A stretch of 64,000 nt of DNA from an uncultured delta proteobacterium. Its GTDB lineage: Bacteria > Desulfobacterota > Desulfomonilia > UBA1062. The translations under genes were made by a program, and so were the position numbers. The stretch covers positions 352,001 to 416,000 of the forward strand of contig CAWAUM010000003.1 in the NCBI GenBank assembly GCA_963785235.1. The letters are read 5' to 3'. Below are positions 19,759-29,530 of the stretch, in pieces. Positions within the stretch are counted from its first letter, which is position 1; every line of letters starts with the position of its first letter. Below the pieces are notes generated by a model. It was not told where the DNA came from. It did no database searches and worked only from the letters and a program-made list of their open reading frames with translations.

Positions 19759-22700
19759 TCAATCTTCTGCCTTCAAAGCCTTCAGCTTGGCCTTTTCAAG
19801 ATACATGACCAGGTCTGCCTGCTTGATACAGTTCTCAAGGTCTTCGCTTGTATGCGCCGTGGCTGAGCCTGTGGAGAAGCTTACGGATACATCCGGGCTG
19901 CTGGCATTGAAGTTTGCTTTGTACACCTTCATCCGATTAAGGGACTGTTCAAGGGATATGCCGTCCATTGATGGCAGGATTACGAGAAACTCATCACCTC
20001 CGATGCGCGCCACCATGTCTTCAGGTCTGAAGGTCTGCCTGAGGATGTATGCGGCATTCTTAATGAGCCGGTCCCCGGCAGCATGGCCTTCGCTATCGTT
20101 CACTGCCTTCAACCCGTCGATATCCACCATCAGTATGCTCACCGGATATTTCCGGCTTGTTTTCAGCCGTTCAATCTCAGTATCTGCATAGAGCCTGTTA
20201 TAGAGACCGGTCAACGGATCATGCAGGCTCAGGTAGCGCAGATGCTCCTCTGCCTCTTTCTGGAGAGTAATGTCTTCCATATGCACCATGACGAGGTTGG
20301 GAGGTACAAAGGCATATTTCACGACCATGTATTTCTTCTGGCCTGTGGTCCTCAAAGTATCCCAGAACTTGTTTTCAATATTGATGCGTTGTGCCAGACA
20401 CTTGTGCATGTCATCAGTGATCCATGCCTTGCCATCATAGAACCGGCTGGCAGAGATATCCTTGAAGCCGGAGATCCTGCCCCTGGTAAACTCCAGGGCC
20501 GCATCGTTGTAGTCGATGAGAAAAAAATCTCCGTCCTTGTGTTCCCAGATGTATGTGGGCACAGGGATACCCATGAACTGTACCCTGAATCGCTCCTCGC
20601 TCTGCCTGAGGGCTTCTTGGGCCTGTATACGTTCGGTGATATCGTCGCCGGAACTCAATGCACCGATAATAGACCCCTTTTCGTCTCTGAGAACTGCATT
20701 ATGCCAGGCAAACAACCTCCTTTCCCCGGATTTCGTCAGGAGGGCGCTTTCAAGGTACCTGGCGGGCTCGGCCTCGCCTGCTATGATCCGGGTGAAGACA
20801 CCGGCCGCTGAAGGTATCTGATCTTGCGGAATTACGACCTCAAACCAGTTTTTCCCGATTATCTCAGTTTCCTGATAGCCTGTCAGCTCGCAGCCCTTGC
20901 GGTTGATAAGGGTCACCTTACCATTCGTGTCGAGGACCAGGAGCATTACCTCTGCGGTATCAAGGTAGATCTGCACAAGATCCCGCTCCTTCTGCAATGC
21001 CTGCTCCATTTGCCTGCGTTCAGCAACCTGCCATATGGAATGCATGAGCAAGGTAAGCTGCTGGACGTCTGAATTGCTGTAATTTGCCTCTTTATTTGCG
21101 ACCCCCACCACGGCAACAATCCGTTCTTTGCTGAAAACCGGTATGGTCAGGAACCGGTGAAGGCTGGCATGGCCCTCAGGATACCCCTTTTTCAAAAGAT
21201 GAGGTGCCTGATAATCATTTAATATAATCGGTTTTGCCTGCCTGACAGCCTCACCCCAGATGCCTGTCTTATCCAGCTGGTAAAGGGTTTTCTTTTCATT
21301 GATGCTGCACTCCTTCATCACATCCTTTGACCAGGTATTGAGGGTGAACTCCTGCGAAACATCATTATAGAAATAGATGTACCCTATCTTGCTTCCTGTG
21401 AGCTTGATGGATTCATCCAGGGCGTAGTCCAATAGGTCCTGGACAGAGTCGAATGCCCCCTGCGATATGCGCAAGAGACTCTCCATCCTGAGCTGGTTTA
21501 TCCTGGCCTCTTCTTCTAAACTGTTGCGCTCGGAGATGTCCTGAACCCAGATGGTTACCCCTATAGCTCTGTCTTCTTCGGTATCCCTAAGCAACCATGC
21601 CCTGACACTGGTGGGGAAAAGGGTACCATCTTTACGGATCCATTCCCTGTCATGGAATTCCGAATATCCGCGTTTGAAGAGCTGGTTTCTGATAAGGTCT
21701 GCATCAAAGTCTCGCCACTTTTCCGGAATGAGATCCTGGTAGGGACGGCCCTTGATCTCGCCAGAGGTATACCCTGTCATGTCCAAGGTCGCCTGATTGA
21801 CATCCACAATAAGCCCGCCTAGATCGCAGATTACGAGTCCTTCCTTGCTCTGTTCAAAGAGGCTGCGGTAATTTTTCTCACTTATCCTCAGCTCGCCAGT
21901 CCGCTTCTCTACAAGGGCCTCTGCCCTCTCCTGCCTTGTGAGGGCGGCGTGGAGGTACAAGGACAGGATAGCAGTGAGCAAGAACCCTACAGGCAGAATC
22001 AACCAGTGCCACAGGGAGTAGTGCCGCTTAAGGTAGACCGGACCTGTCACGATATCGATGCGCCACTGACGGCCTGCGAAAAGAAACTGATGTTCATATC
22101 GCAAAGGTAACGGATAGAGCCGAGAGAACGATGCCCCGACCTGCCCTGACCTCAGCCGCGGCGCCCAGTGATGGATGAGGCGCTTTCCTTCCGGTGCTGA
22201 AACATCCAGGAGTTCGGTGGGCATATCAGCCGGCGGCGTCGGCTCGATAGCAGCGCTCATTACATCATATCCGCGGAATACGCCTACTATAAAACCGGTT
22301 AAAGCAACCCTTCTCTGTTCCACAGTGCCGACAGGCAATCCCTGACGATAAACCGGTTTGAAGATCAGGAACCCGGCGGGGCTAACATCACCCTGTGATA
22401 GGATAATCCGGCCTGTAGCAACGGTTTCTCCAGAGTCACATGCCTTATGAAAAGACTGAAGCCTTTCAGGATCAGTCCCCAGGTCGAAACCAAGGACCTT
22501 TTCATTACCCGCTGCAGGCTCTGCATAATATATGGGATAATAAACCTGCCTGCTTTTTGCAGGAATCAGGTTCCCTTGCCGGTCCAGTTCGGTGAACCGG
22601 AACCCCTCAAGCCCTCCACTGCGGGCACTTTTTTCAAAGACAGCCCTATCCTTCCCCATAACCCTGGGTACCCACTGGATGGTCTGTCCCCTGTACTCTC

Positions 22701-22998
22701 CGGTAAGGACCGGGGCAACAAAATCCGTGAAACCGGCACGATTGATTTTCTGCATACCCTCCACGTACCTGCCCAGCATTTCAATACGACTTAAAAGTTG
22801 ATTCAGCTCATCAATGACAAGGTGGCTCCGTATACCTGCATCGCTTTGAAAATATCCCCGGAGCCTTGCATTGACATCATTGTGTGCAATCCAGAAAAGT
22901 CCTGTTGTCAGGGCGCCACAGACGGACACAATAATAAACAGGCCAAAAAAACGCCCTGCATTAAAACCGAAAGGATATGGATCTTTCATGCTCTTCAT
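19759..22998 (-). CDS. Diguanylate cyclase (CHASE-PAS-GAF-PAS-GGDEF)
   Basis: CHASE (GNEKVLGFDL), PAS, GAF (GIWGEAVRQAKPII), HDPLTGLYNR, RPED I-site and GGDEF. Confidence 0.92.
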   Translation of the reverse strand: MKSMKDPYPFGFNAGRFFGLFIIVSVCGALTTGLFWIAHNDVNARLRGYFQSDAGIRSHLVIDELNQLLSRIEMLGRYVEGMQKINRAGFTDFVAPVLTGEYRGQTIQWVPRVMGKDRAVFEKSARSGGLEGFRFTELDRQGNLIPAKSRQVYYPIYYAEPAAGNEKVLGFDLGTDPERLQSFHKACDSGETVATGRIILSQGDVSPAGFLIFKPVYRQGLPVGTVEQRRVALTGFIVGVFRGYDVMSAAIEPTPPADMPTELLDVSAPEGKRLIHHWAPRLRSGQVGASFSRLYPLPLRYEHQFLFAGRQWRIDIVTGPVYLKRHYSLWHWLILPVGFLLTAILSLYLHAALTRQERAEALVEKRTGELRISEKNYRSLFEQSKEGLVICDLGGLIVDVNQATLDMTGYTSGEIKGRPYQDLIPEKWRDFDADLIRNQLFKRGYSEFHDREWIRKDGTLFPTSVRAWLLRDTEEDRAIGVTIWVQDISERNSLEEEARINQLRMESLLRISQGAFDSVQDLLDYALDESIKLTGSKIGYIYFYNDVSQEFTLNTWSKDVMKECSINEKKTLYQLDKTGIWGEAVRQAKPIILNDYQAPHLLKKGYPEGHASLHRFLTIPVFSKERIVAVVGVANKEANYSNSDVQQLTLLMHSIWQVAERRQMEQALQKERDLVQIYLDTAEVMLLVLDTNGKVTLINRKGCELTGYQETEIIGKNWFEVVIPQDQIPSAAGVFTRIIAGEAEPARYLESALLTKSGERRLFAWHNAVLRDEKGSIIGALSSGDDITERIQAQEALRQSEERFRVQFMGIPVPTYIWEHKDGDFFLIDYNDAALEFTRGRISGFKDISASRFYDGKAWITDDMHKCLAQRINIENKFWDTLRTTGQKKYMVVKYAFVPPNLVMVHMEDITLQKEAEEHLRYLSLHDPLTGLYNRLYADTEIERLKTSRKYPVSILMVDIDGLKAVNDSEGHAAGDRLIKNAAYILRQTFRPEDMVARIGGDEFLVILPSMDGISLEQSLNRMKVYKANFNASSPDVSVSFSTGSATAHTSEDLENCIKQADLVMYLEKAKLKALKAED

Positions 22999-23028
22999 CA
23001 GATCTCACCTTAGATGAATTACGTACCT

Positions 23029-23739
23029 TTAGCCATTTTTCCCTTCCGAGAAGAAGTGCTTAAACAGGTGGCGAATATCTTCAAGGGAGTCTTGGATAAC
23101 AAAGGGAACCGCCTTGGCATATACATCCAGAAAAATTATGGCATTCACTGTTGAATCTGTATCCGAGGCGGCCTTCAAACGTTTTGCCATGTTCTGATTC
23201 ACAATTTCGATCTTCTTATAAAATTCCTTGAGCCCCTTACATTCGATATCCGGGTCATGGCCCTGTTTTTTCATGAAATATTGGGCCAGAAGGTACATGG
23301 AAGTGGCCCGATATATGGTCTCATCCTCGCTGGCCAGAGGCAGATGATACCTTGCCATAGGCCTTAAAAAGACCGTATGCGGGCACCCTGATGTAGCACT
23401 GATAAGGCCCATTAAAGAGCTGATGGCCCTCTGGGCCGTTGTCTCCTGGAATACTGTCCTCTCTTGGGTTATTACCGTAAGTTTAATGATGTCATAAGAC
23501 ACCTGGTCTTCAAAGCGCCTCACCACATCAACGAGATGTGCCGCCAATGGGCAACTGGGATGCTCCGGGGTTTTCAAAGGACAATGCGGACATTGATGAA
23601 AACCCAGATCGGTCCATTCCTGCAGGGATTCAGGTGTGTCGGCAAGCAGACTTAAGTCATGAGCATCAATTACGAGATCAAAGACCTTCTCACCTCCTGT
23701 ATCAGAGGCAAAGCGGTATCGGACAGAGATTGTCTGCAT
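23029..23739 (-). CDS. Conserved hypothetical protein (DUF6901-like)
   Basis: WTDLGFHQCPHCPL..CP, SGCPH..LRPMARYHLPLA..ETIYR motifs. Confidence 0.65.
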   Translation of the reverse strand: MQTISVRYRFASDTGGEKVFDLVIDAHDLSLLADTPESLQEWTDLGFHQCPHCPLKTPEHPSCPLAAHLVDVVRRFEDQVSYDIIKLTVITQERTVFQETTAQRAISSLMGLISATSGCPHTVFLRPMARYHLPLASEDETIYRATSMYLLAQYFMKKQGHDPDIECKGLKEFYKKIEIVNQNMAKRLKAASDTDSTVNAIIFLDVYAKAVPFVIQDSLEDIRHLFKHFFSEGKNG

Positions 23740-23966
23740 GGAAATATTTATCGGATTTTTTTATGATAATACTGATGAGATAATTGGTAACCTTACGATA
23801 TGGGATAAGATCTTCAGCGTGCATGGGTATGATCAGGATAAAATGGATTCTTTCCGGTTGCCCCGGAAGAGTTTCTGGGGTATTTGCAGAAATCGCATAG
23901 AGTTCTCCGGTGATAAATGGTTATATGTTCAGTACCCGACACATCACTTGATTAGGTTGTCGCACT

Positions 23967-25160
23967 ATGTATGAAAAGCATTTCGGATTTAAGATAAAAC
24001 CTTTCCAGACCATCCCCAATCCTGAAGTATTTTACCCCAGCCCCAAGCATGAGAATGCACTTACCTATCTTGAATATGGACTCATGGAAAGGACAGGGTT
24101 CATTCTCCTGACAGGTGAGATCGGTTCCGGCAAGACGACACTCATCAAGCATCTCATCAATAAAATCGAGTCACAGATTGACATTGCAGTTATATTCAAT
24201 ACAAATGTCACCGCCGAACAGCTCATAGGTTTGATCCTGAACGAATTCGAGCTGGCCCCGGGCAATGGCTCCAAGGCAGATGCCCTGAACAACCTCTACC
24301 TGTTCCTCATAGAAAAATTTGCAAAGAACCACCGGGTGCTGCTCGTCATTGATGAAGCTCAAAACCTCAGCCGTGACGCGCTGGAAGAAGTGAGGATGCT
24401 GTCGAACCTCCAGAGTGACGACCAGATGCTCTTACAGATCATGCTCGTCGGCCAACCCGAATTGAGGACAAAGATCAGAAAACCGAACCTTGCCCAGCTC
24501 AATCAGCGTATTACCGTTGCCTACCATCTCCCTGCGCTGACCCGGGAGGAAACAGAGGGCTATATCACCTTCCGGATCGAGAAGGCCGGAGGTAAGGCCG
24601 ATATCTTTACGCACGAGGCAATTGATCTGATCCATGAAACGAGCATTGGTATCCCACGGACCATCAACATCATCTGTGATACTGCCCTTGTTTATGCATA
24701 TGCAGACGACCTTGAAAATATCAATGCACCCGTTATCCAACAGGTGATAGCTGATAGGGAGGGTACGGGTCTGTCTTACCACTCTGCCGAGATAACCGAT
24801 CAAAAGAATCGTTATCAGGGTAGCAGTTCCCTCATACAAAGAATTGAGACCCTCGAAGAGGGCCTAAACAAATTCCAAATACATGTGGCTACCAGGATGG
24901 GGGAATTGGAGAAGACTGCACATTGCTATCAAGATGAACTTCTCAATCAGTTAAAGGATCAGTATGACCGTGAGCGCACGAAAAACGAGAAAATCTTTGT
25001 AGAATATGCCAAGCTTAAGGAAAAGTACCTCAATCTTCTAAGAAAGCTTAAAGGGGATCATGTTGATGGTTCTCATATTCAGGTAAAAGAGGAACTCGCC
25101 AAGGCCAAAACGAAAAACAGCAGTAAAAAAAGAAACGATAAAATGAAGGCAGTTACATAG
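23967..25160 (+). CDS. ExeA/GspA family AAA ATPase with coiled-coil C-terminus
   Basis: MYEKHFG..PF, GEIGSGKTT, IDEAQNL, LVGQPEL, GIPRTINIICD. Confidence 0.9.
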   Translation: MYEKHFGFKIKPFQTIPNPEVFYPSPKHENALTYLEYGLMERTGFILLTGEIGSGKTTLIKHLINKIESQIDIAVIFNTNVTAEQLIGLILNEFELAPGNGSKADALNNLYLFLIEKFAKNHRVLLVIDEAQNLSRDALEEVRMLSNLQSDDQMLLQIMLVGQPELRTKIRKPNLAQLNQRITVAYHLPALTREETEGYITFRIEKAGGKADIFTHEAIDLIHETSIGIPRTINIICDTALVYAYADDLENINAPVIQQVIADREGTGLSYHSAEITDQKNRYQGSSSLIQRIETLEEGLNKFQIHVATRMGELEKTAHCYQDELLNQLKDQYDRERTKNEKIFVEYAKLKEKYLNLLRKLKGDHVDGSHIQVKEELAKAKTKNSSKKRNDKMKAVT

Positions 25161-25202
25161 TTTAATTTAAAATTTTGTGTTCAAGAGGCATAAAATCCGG
25201 TT

Positions 25203-26453
25203 TTAATCCTTCATCGTCACCTTCACTCTGACAATGCGGTTGCCTCGCATACGTTCAATCTTCAACAGCATACCCTCATATGTCAGGGTGTCGCCCTCCT
25301 CGGGTATGCGGTCCAACTGCCCATAGATAAGGCCTGAGAGGGTGTCATAATCGACGGGAAACTCCTGGCCGATAGCACGCTCAAGGTCAAGCAGGCTCAT
25401 GGAGCCTGTCACAATAAAACTCTTGCCGCTCACCGGAACAAGGGGAGGTCGGATTATGTCGTGCTCATCGGCAATGTCTCCCGTGATCTCTTCGATGATA
25501 TCTTCCAGGGTGATTCCACCTTTCACCGTGCCGTATTCATCCACGACAAAGGCCATGTGCAGATGCATGTTCTGGAAATCAATGAGCTGTGTCAGTATGG
25601 ACTTGGTCTCGGGCACGAAGTGGGCTTCCCGCATGTTGTCCTTCAGTACGAATCCTTTTCTCTCCTTGATAAAAGGCCATATGTCCTTGATATGGAGGAA
25701 ACCTATGATGTTATCCTTTCTGTCCTTGTACACCGGATACCTGCTGTGGTTCTTGGTCGTAACCGTAAACACCACATCATCGAAGGTGCTGTCAGCCGAT
25801 ATGAACATCATCTCGTTCAGCGGCAACATCACCTTTCTCACCGGAACCGAGTCCATATCCATGATGGCGATGAGCATCTTTGCCTTTGCCTCGGGGATAA
25901 AGCCCTCCTCGTGTCCCATGGTTATGAAAGACCCTACATCCTCCTCTGTGAGATGTTCGGAATGACCGGTCTTGAGCCCAAACAGGGCAAGGATACCCCC
26001 CGCCATCATGGAGAGCACCCTGACAATGGGATTAAATGCCTTGATAATGAACTTGATGGGCTGCGAGAAGAAAAGGGCCACGATTTCCGGACGGTATGCG
26101 GCAAGCGTCTTGGGGGTTATCTCCCCGAAGACAAGGATGAGCACGGTCATGGTTATGGTTGCATACAGGATACCCCGCTCTCCGAACAGGGAGATGAAGA
26201 GCGCCGTGGCAAGTGCCGAGGCAAGGATATTTACAAAGTTATTTCCCAGAAGGATGGCACTGATGAGTCTCTCAGGCTGCTTCAGGATTTCCTCCACCCG
26301 CTTGGCCTTGGTGTTGCCCTTCTCCACGAGCGACCTGATCCGGTACCGGTTCACCCGCATGAATGCAGTTTCGCTCGACGAAAAGAACGCCGACAATACA
26401 ACGAGAACGATGAGGATGAGGATATATGCGATCTCGTCGGCCCTGGTAATCAT
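25203..26453 (-). CDS. HlyC/CorC (CNNM-CBS-CorC) family transporter
   Basis: SAFFSSSETA, FGEITPK, HSRYPVY, VVDEYG..TLEDIIEEITGDI. Confidence 0.92.
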   Translation of the reverse strand: MITRADEIAYILILIVLVVLSAFFSSSETAFMRVNRYRIRSLVEKGNTKAKRVEEILKQPERLISAILLGNNFVNILASALATALFISLFGERGILYATITMTVLILVFGEITPKTLAAYRPEIVALFFSQPIKFIIKAFNPIVRVLSMMAGGILALFGLKTGHSEHLTEEDVGSFITMGHEEGFIPEAKAKMLIAIMDMDSVPVRKVMLPLNEMMFISADSTFDDVVFTVTTKNHSRYPVYKDRKDNIIGFLHIKDIWPFIKERKGFVLKDNMREAHFVPETKSILTQLIDFQNMHLHMAFVVDEYGTVKGGITLEDIIEEITGDIADEHDIIRPPLVPVSGKSFIVTGSMSLLDLERAIGQEFPVDYDTLSGLIYGQLDRIPEEGDTLTYEGMLLKIERMRGNRIVRVKVTMKD

Positions 26454-26476
26454 CTCCGTATCCTACCCCCTGAAGT

Positions 26477-28129
26477 TTAATCGAATAAGACCATCTGATC
26501 AGGTTTCGGCTTCTTGTGCTTCACAATTGTCTCTTCAGTATTCCCGGCAGGGATACGACCCACGAACTCCGACGGGAAATCTTCCGGACATACAAGGTAG
26601 AGCAGGTCTTTTGCCCTGGTCATGCCTACATAGAACAGGTTCTGCTCCTCTTCAAGGGAAGACCCGGAGAGCGGGAATACCCCCCTCATGAGCCCTGCCA
26701 TGAAGACGCACCTGAATTCAAGCCCCTTGGCAGCGTGCGCCGTTATGACATGGACCTTCTCGGCTCCCAGGGCGCTCTGGTCATTGCTGAGTTTGAGGAA
26801 CTCCACAAAATTCTCTGCGTTATCACCAAATAATTGTGCATATTGATAAAAAGGGCTCCCGGCATCCAGAAGCGGTAGCTTAAAGAAGTCCGACGCCTCT
26901 ATCTTCGTGACCCGCTCAGAAACAGACCCGGTCAAACCTTCCAGAAAAACCGCGGCCTGCTTAACCCTGTCTTGCACATGGCCGGCAGGATCCAGTCCTG
27001 ATTGAATACATTTCAAGGCCTGTTCCCCTACCCCTTTCACCGAATGCTCCCACCGGCTGCCCAAAAGCAGCCCGATGCGCTCCCTGATGCCGGGCATTGC
27101 GGCAAAAGGCCCGGCATAGGCGGTATCGTGAGGGATTGATGCCCGTGCGAGCGCCTCCATTACGGGCACTGCCTGGCTTTTGGTGCGAACGATTATTGCC
27201 ATATCACTTAATCCATATTCACCCTTTGCCTTGCCCACGCTCGTTTGGGTGAGCCCGCCTGAAAGGGCTTCGATCTCGTTGGCAATGAATTCATAGGGCC
27301 GGCCGGTTCGAACGATCTTTATTGGTGATGTTTCCCGCTGAGAGCATACCGCATCGGTGTTAATAAAGGCGTTGGATGCAAACGCCATGTGCATGCCCAG
27401 ACGGTGGGTGGCACTCAGGTGTATCTTCATGCATTCGGAGCTGTCTTGGATGAAATCCTCAAAAGAGGCCTTGCTGCTGCCCCGAAAACCGTATATGGCC
27501 TGGTTCGGGTCGCCGATGACCATAACGCTCCTGGCACCTTTGCTTAAGATCTTGAGAAACGAATATTGCAACGGGTTGATGTCCTGGAACTCATCAACCA
27601 TGACATGGAGAAAATGCTTTGTGCATAACCCGGATGAAACAATCCGATTAGCCTCGGCAATAAGCCCTTCGTAGGTAAAAATCCTTCGGGATTTCATGAG
27701 TTCGACCAGTGCCGCCTGTTCCGGGGCAAGCGTCTTCTCTGTGCCCTGCCGGAAGACCAGGTCATCCACCCATTTCTTTACATCCTTATCGATATCCGGT
27801 GCAGCCATCTTTTCCAGCATGTCCTCGTCGGCCACTTCAAATGCTATGCCTGCCCCGTGCAAAATCCGGGCTGCCAGGGAATGGAAGGTGCTGACTTCAA
27901 TCCCGTCTCCCCTGCCATCTTCTCCACTCCGGCCAAGCCGGTTCCTGATCTCCTGGGCGGCTCGGTTGGTAAAGGTGACGGCCAGGATCGATGTTTCTCC
28001 CTTGTCTATGAGCCCCCTGATGCGTTCAACAAGGACACGTGTCTTACCCGTGCCCGGCCCTGCAATTACGGCGATAGAGCCTTCCTTCCATGCAACAGCT
28101 AAGCGTTGTTCATCATTGAGCTGCATCAT
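26477..28129 (-). CDS. UvrD/Rep family helicase
   Basis: AGPGTGKT, VDEFQD, IGDPNQAIYGFRG, HAAKGLEF, YVGMTRA. Confidence 0.9.
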   Translation of the reverse strand: MMQLNDEQRLAVAWKEGSIAVIAGPGTGKTRVLVERIRGLIDKGETSILAVTFTNRAAQEIRNRLGRSGEDGRGDGIEVSTFHSLAARILHGAGIAFEVADEDMLEKMAAPDIDKDVKKWVDDLVFRQGTEKTLAPEQAALVELMKSRRIFTYEGLIAEANRIVSSGLCTKHFLHVMVDEFQDINPLQYSFLKILSKGARSVMVIGDPNQAIYGFRGSSKASFEDFIQDSSECMKIHLSATHRLGMHMAFASNAFINTDAVCSQRETSPIKIVRTGRPYEFIANEIEALSGGLTQTSVGKAKGEYGLSDMAIIVRTKSQAVPVMEALARASIPHDTAYAGPFAAMPGIRERIGLLLGSRWEHSVKGVGEQALKCIQSGLDPAGHVQDRVKQAAVFLEGLTGSVSERVTKIEASDFFKLPLLDAGSPFYQYAQLFGDNAENFVEFLKLSNDQSALGAEKVHVITAHAAKGLEFRCVFMAGLMRGVFPLSGSSLEEEQNLFYVGMTRAKDLLYLVCPEDFPSEFVGRIPAGNTEETIVKHKKPKPDQMVLFD

Positions 28130-29433
28130 GGGCCGTTCAGGGGTTGCCTCGGTCTTTTTTCCCCGGGGGATGTCCTCTTCTTCCTCACCGGCGCATCAAC
28201 AACACCTTTGCTGAAGAGCATGTCCTGCTCGTTATCCTTAAATACCCGTACACGGCCGAACTTTCCGTCGTACCCAGCTTCCTTGTCCACCTCGCCCAGC
28301 CTCATACGCTTTACAGCCAGTGCAATGATTTCTCCGGCCACGGACTTTATCTCATCCAGGTCCGCATCCAAAAGCAGCGGCAATTCACCGCCCAGGCTTC
28401 CGGTAAGCTTCTCGGACAAGGCCATTACCCTTTTCGTGGGGCTCGCCACATGCATGATCTCAGAGAGTATTTCGGTCAACGGGATGAGTGAATAAAAATG
28501 CCTGGCGCTTTGAGGCCGCTCGCCTTCAGGCCGGTCGGCAAGCTCCTCCACACGGTTCAACACACCTACCGTGAGCGGCTTGCCGCATTTTGGGCAGAGG
28601 CCTTTATACTCCCTTGTCTGCTCCGGCATGATCACCACACCGCAGTCCCGGTGGCCGTCCAGGTGGTACTTGCCCTCCTCTGGAAAGAACTCCACGGTGC
28701 CCAGCAGGCCAACGCCGGTGGCCATGGCATTGCGGATGGCATAGTAGTCAAGCCCGCAGTCAAAGACCGTTGCCTCGCGCCCCAGTTTTTCCGCAGAGTG
28801 GGCATCCGAGTTGGAGATGAGGTGATACCGGTCCAGGCTCTTCACCATCCAGTTCATGGGCGGGTCGGAAGACAAGCCGGTCTCCACGGCAAAGATGTGG
28901 GGCTCCAGGTCGATATAGCACTCCTTGATGGTATCGAAGCCGGACTTTGACCCCAGGGCGGAGAACCACGGCGTCCAGATATGGGCCGGGATCAGGAAGG
29001 CATCCGGGCTTGCCTCAAGAACGATCTCCAGCAGATTCCGGGAGGTGATGCCGAGAATCGGTCTGCCATCCGAAAGGATGTTGCCTACCTTTGCAAGAGA
29101 GACCCCTATTCTCTTTGCTGTTGCCAGGTCAGGTGCGCCGATGACGTGGTGCACCTTGCGGACCTTGTCGCCCTGTTTATATATGGTGCTGATCTCTCCG
29201 GTCAGGATGAAACGCGTCTGCGGAGCGTCATTCTTGAGGCGGTACATGCCGGGTTCGGCCTGGACAAGCTCCTCCTCCATCTCCTTGACCCATGACGGGT
29301 GCGTGAGGTCTCCGGTGCCGAGCACGGCGATGCCTTTTCTCACGGCGCCCCTCCCCAGTTCGGGAATGGTGAGGCTGCGGCTGGTGGCACGGGAAAAACG
29401 GGAATGGACGTGCAGGTCGCAGAAAAATCTCAT
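28126..29433 (-). CDS. Endonuclease Q family (PHP domain) protein
   Basis: DLHVHSRFSRATS, GTGD, PAHIWTPW, SNSDAHS, GKYHLDGHRDC..CPKC, GYDGKFG. Confidence 0.9.
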   Translation of the reverse strand: MRFFCDLHVHSRFSRATSRSLTIPELGRGAVRKGIAVLGTGDLTHPSWVKEMEEELVQAEPGMYRLKNDAPQTRFILTGEISTIYKQGDKVRKVHHVIGAPDLATAKRIGVSLAKVGNILSDGRPILGITSRNLLEIVLEASPDAFLIPAHIWTPWFSALGSKSGFDTIKECYIDLEPHIFAVETGLSSDPPMNWMVKSLDRYHLISNSDAHSAEKLGREATVFDCGLDYYAIRNAMATGVGLLGTVEFFPEEGKYHLDGHRDCGVVIMPEQTREYKGLCPKCGKPLTVGVLNRVEELADRPEGERPQSARHFYSLIPLTEILSEIMHVASPTKRVMALSEKLTGSLGGELPLLLDADLDEIKSVAGEIIALAVKRMRLGEVDKEAGYDGKFGRVRVFKDNEQDMLFSKGVVDAPVRKKRTSPGEKRPRQPLNGP

Positions 29434-29530
29434 AGGGAATCCTTCTCTCTGTATAGTCCTTGATATTCTTTCAATTGCCGCGACAAGGTAGCTTGCCGAG
29501 GGAGAACTGTTCTGCTATGGTGTCGGGTAT

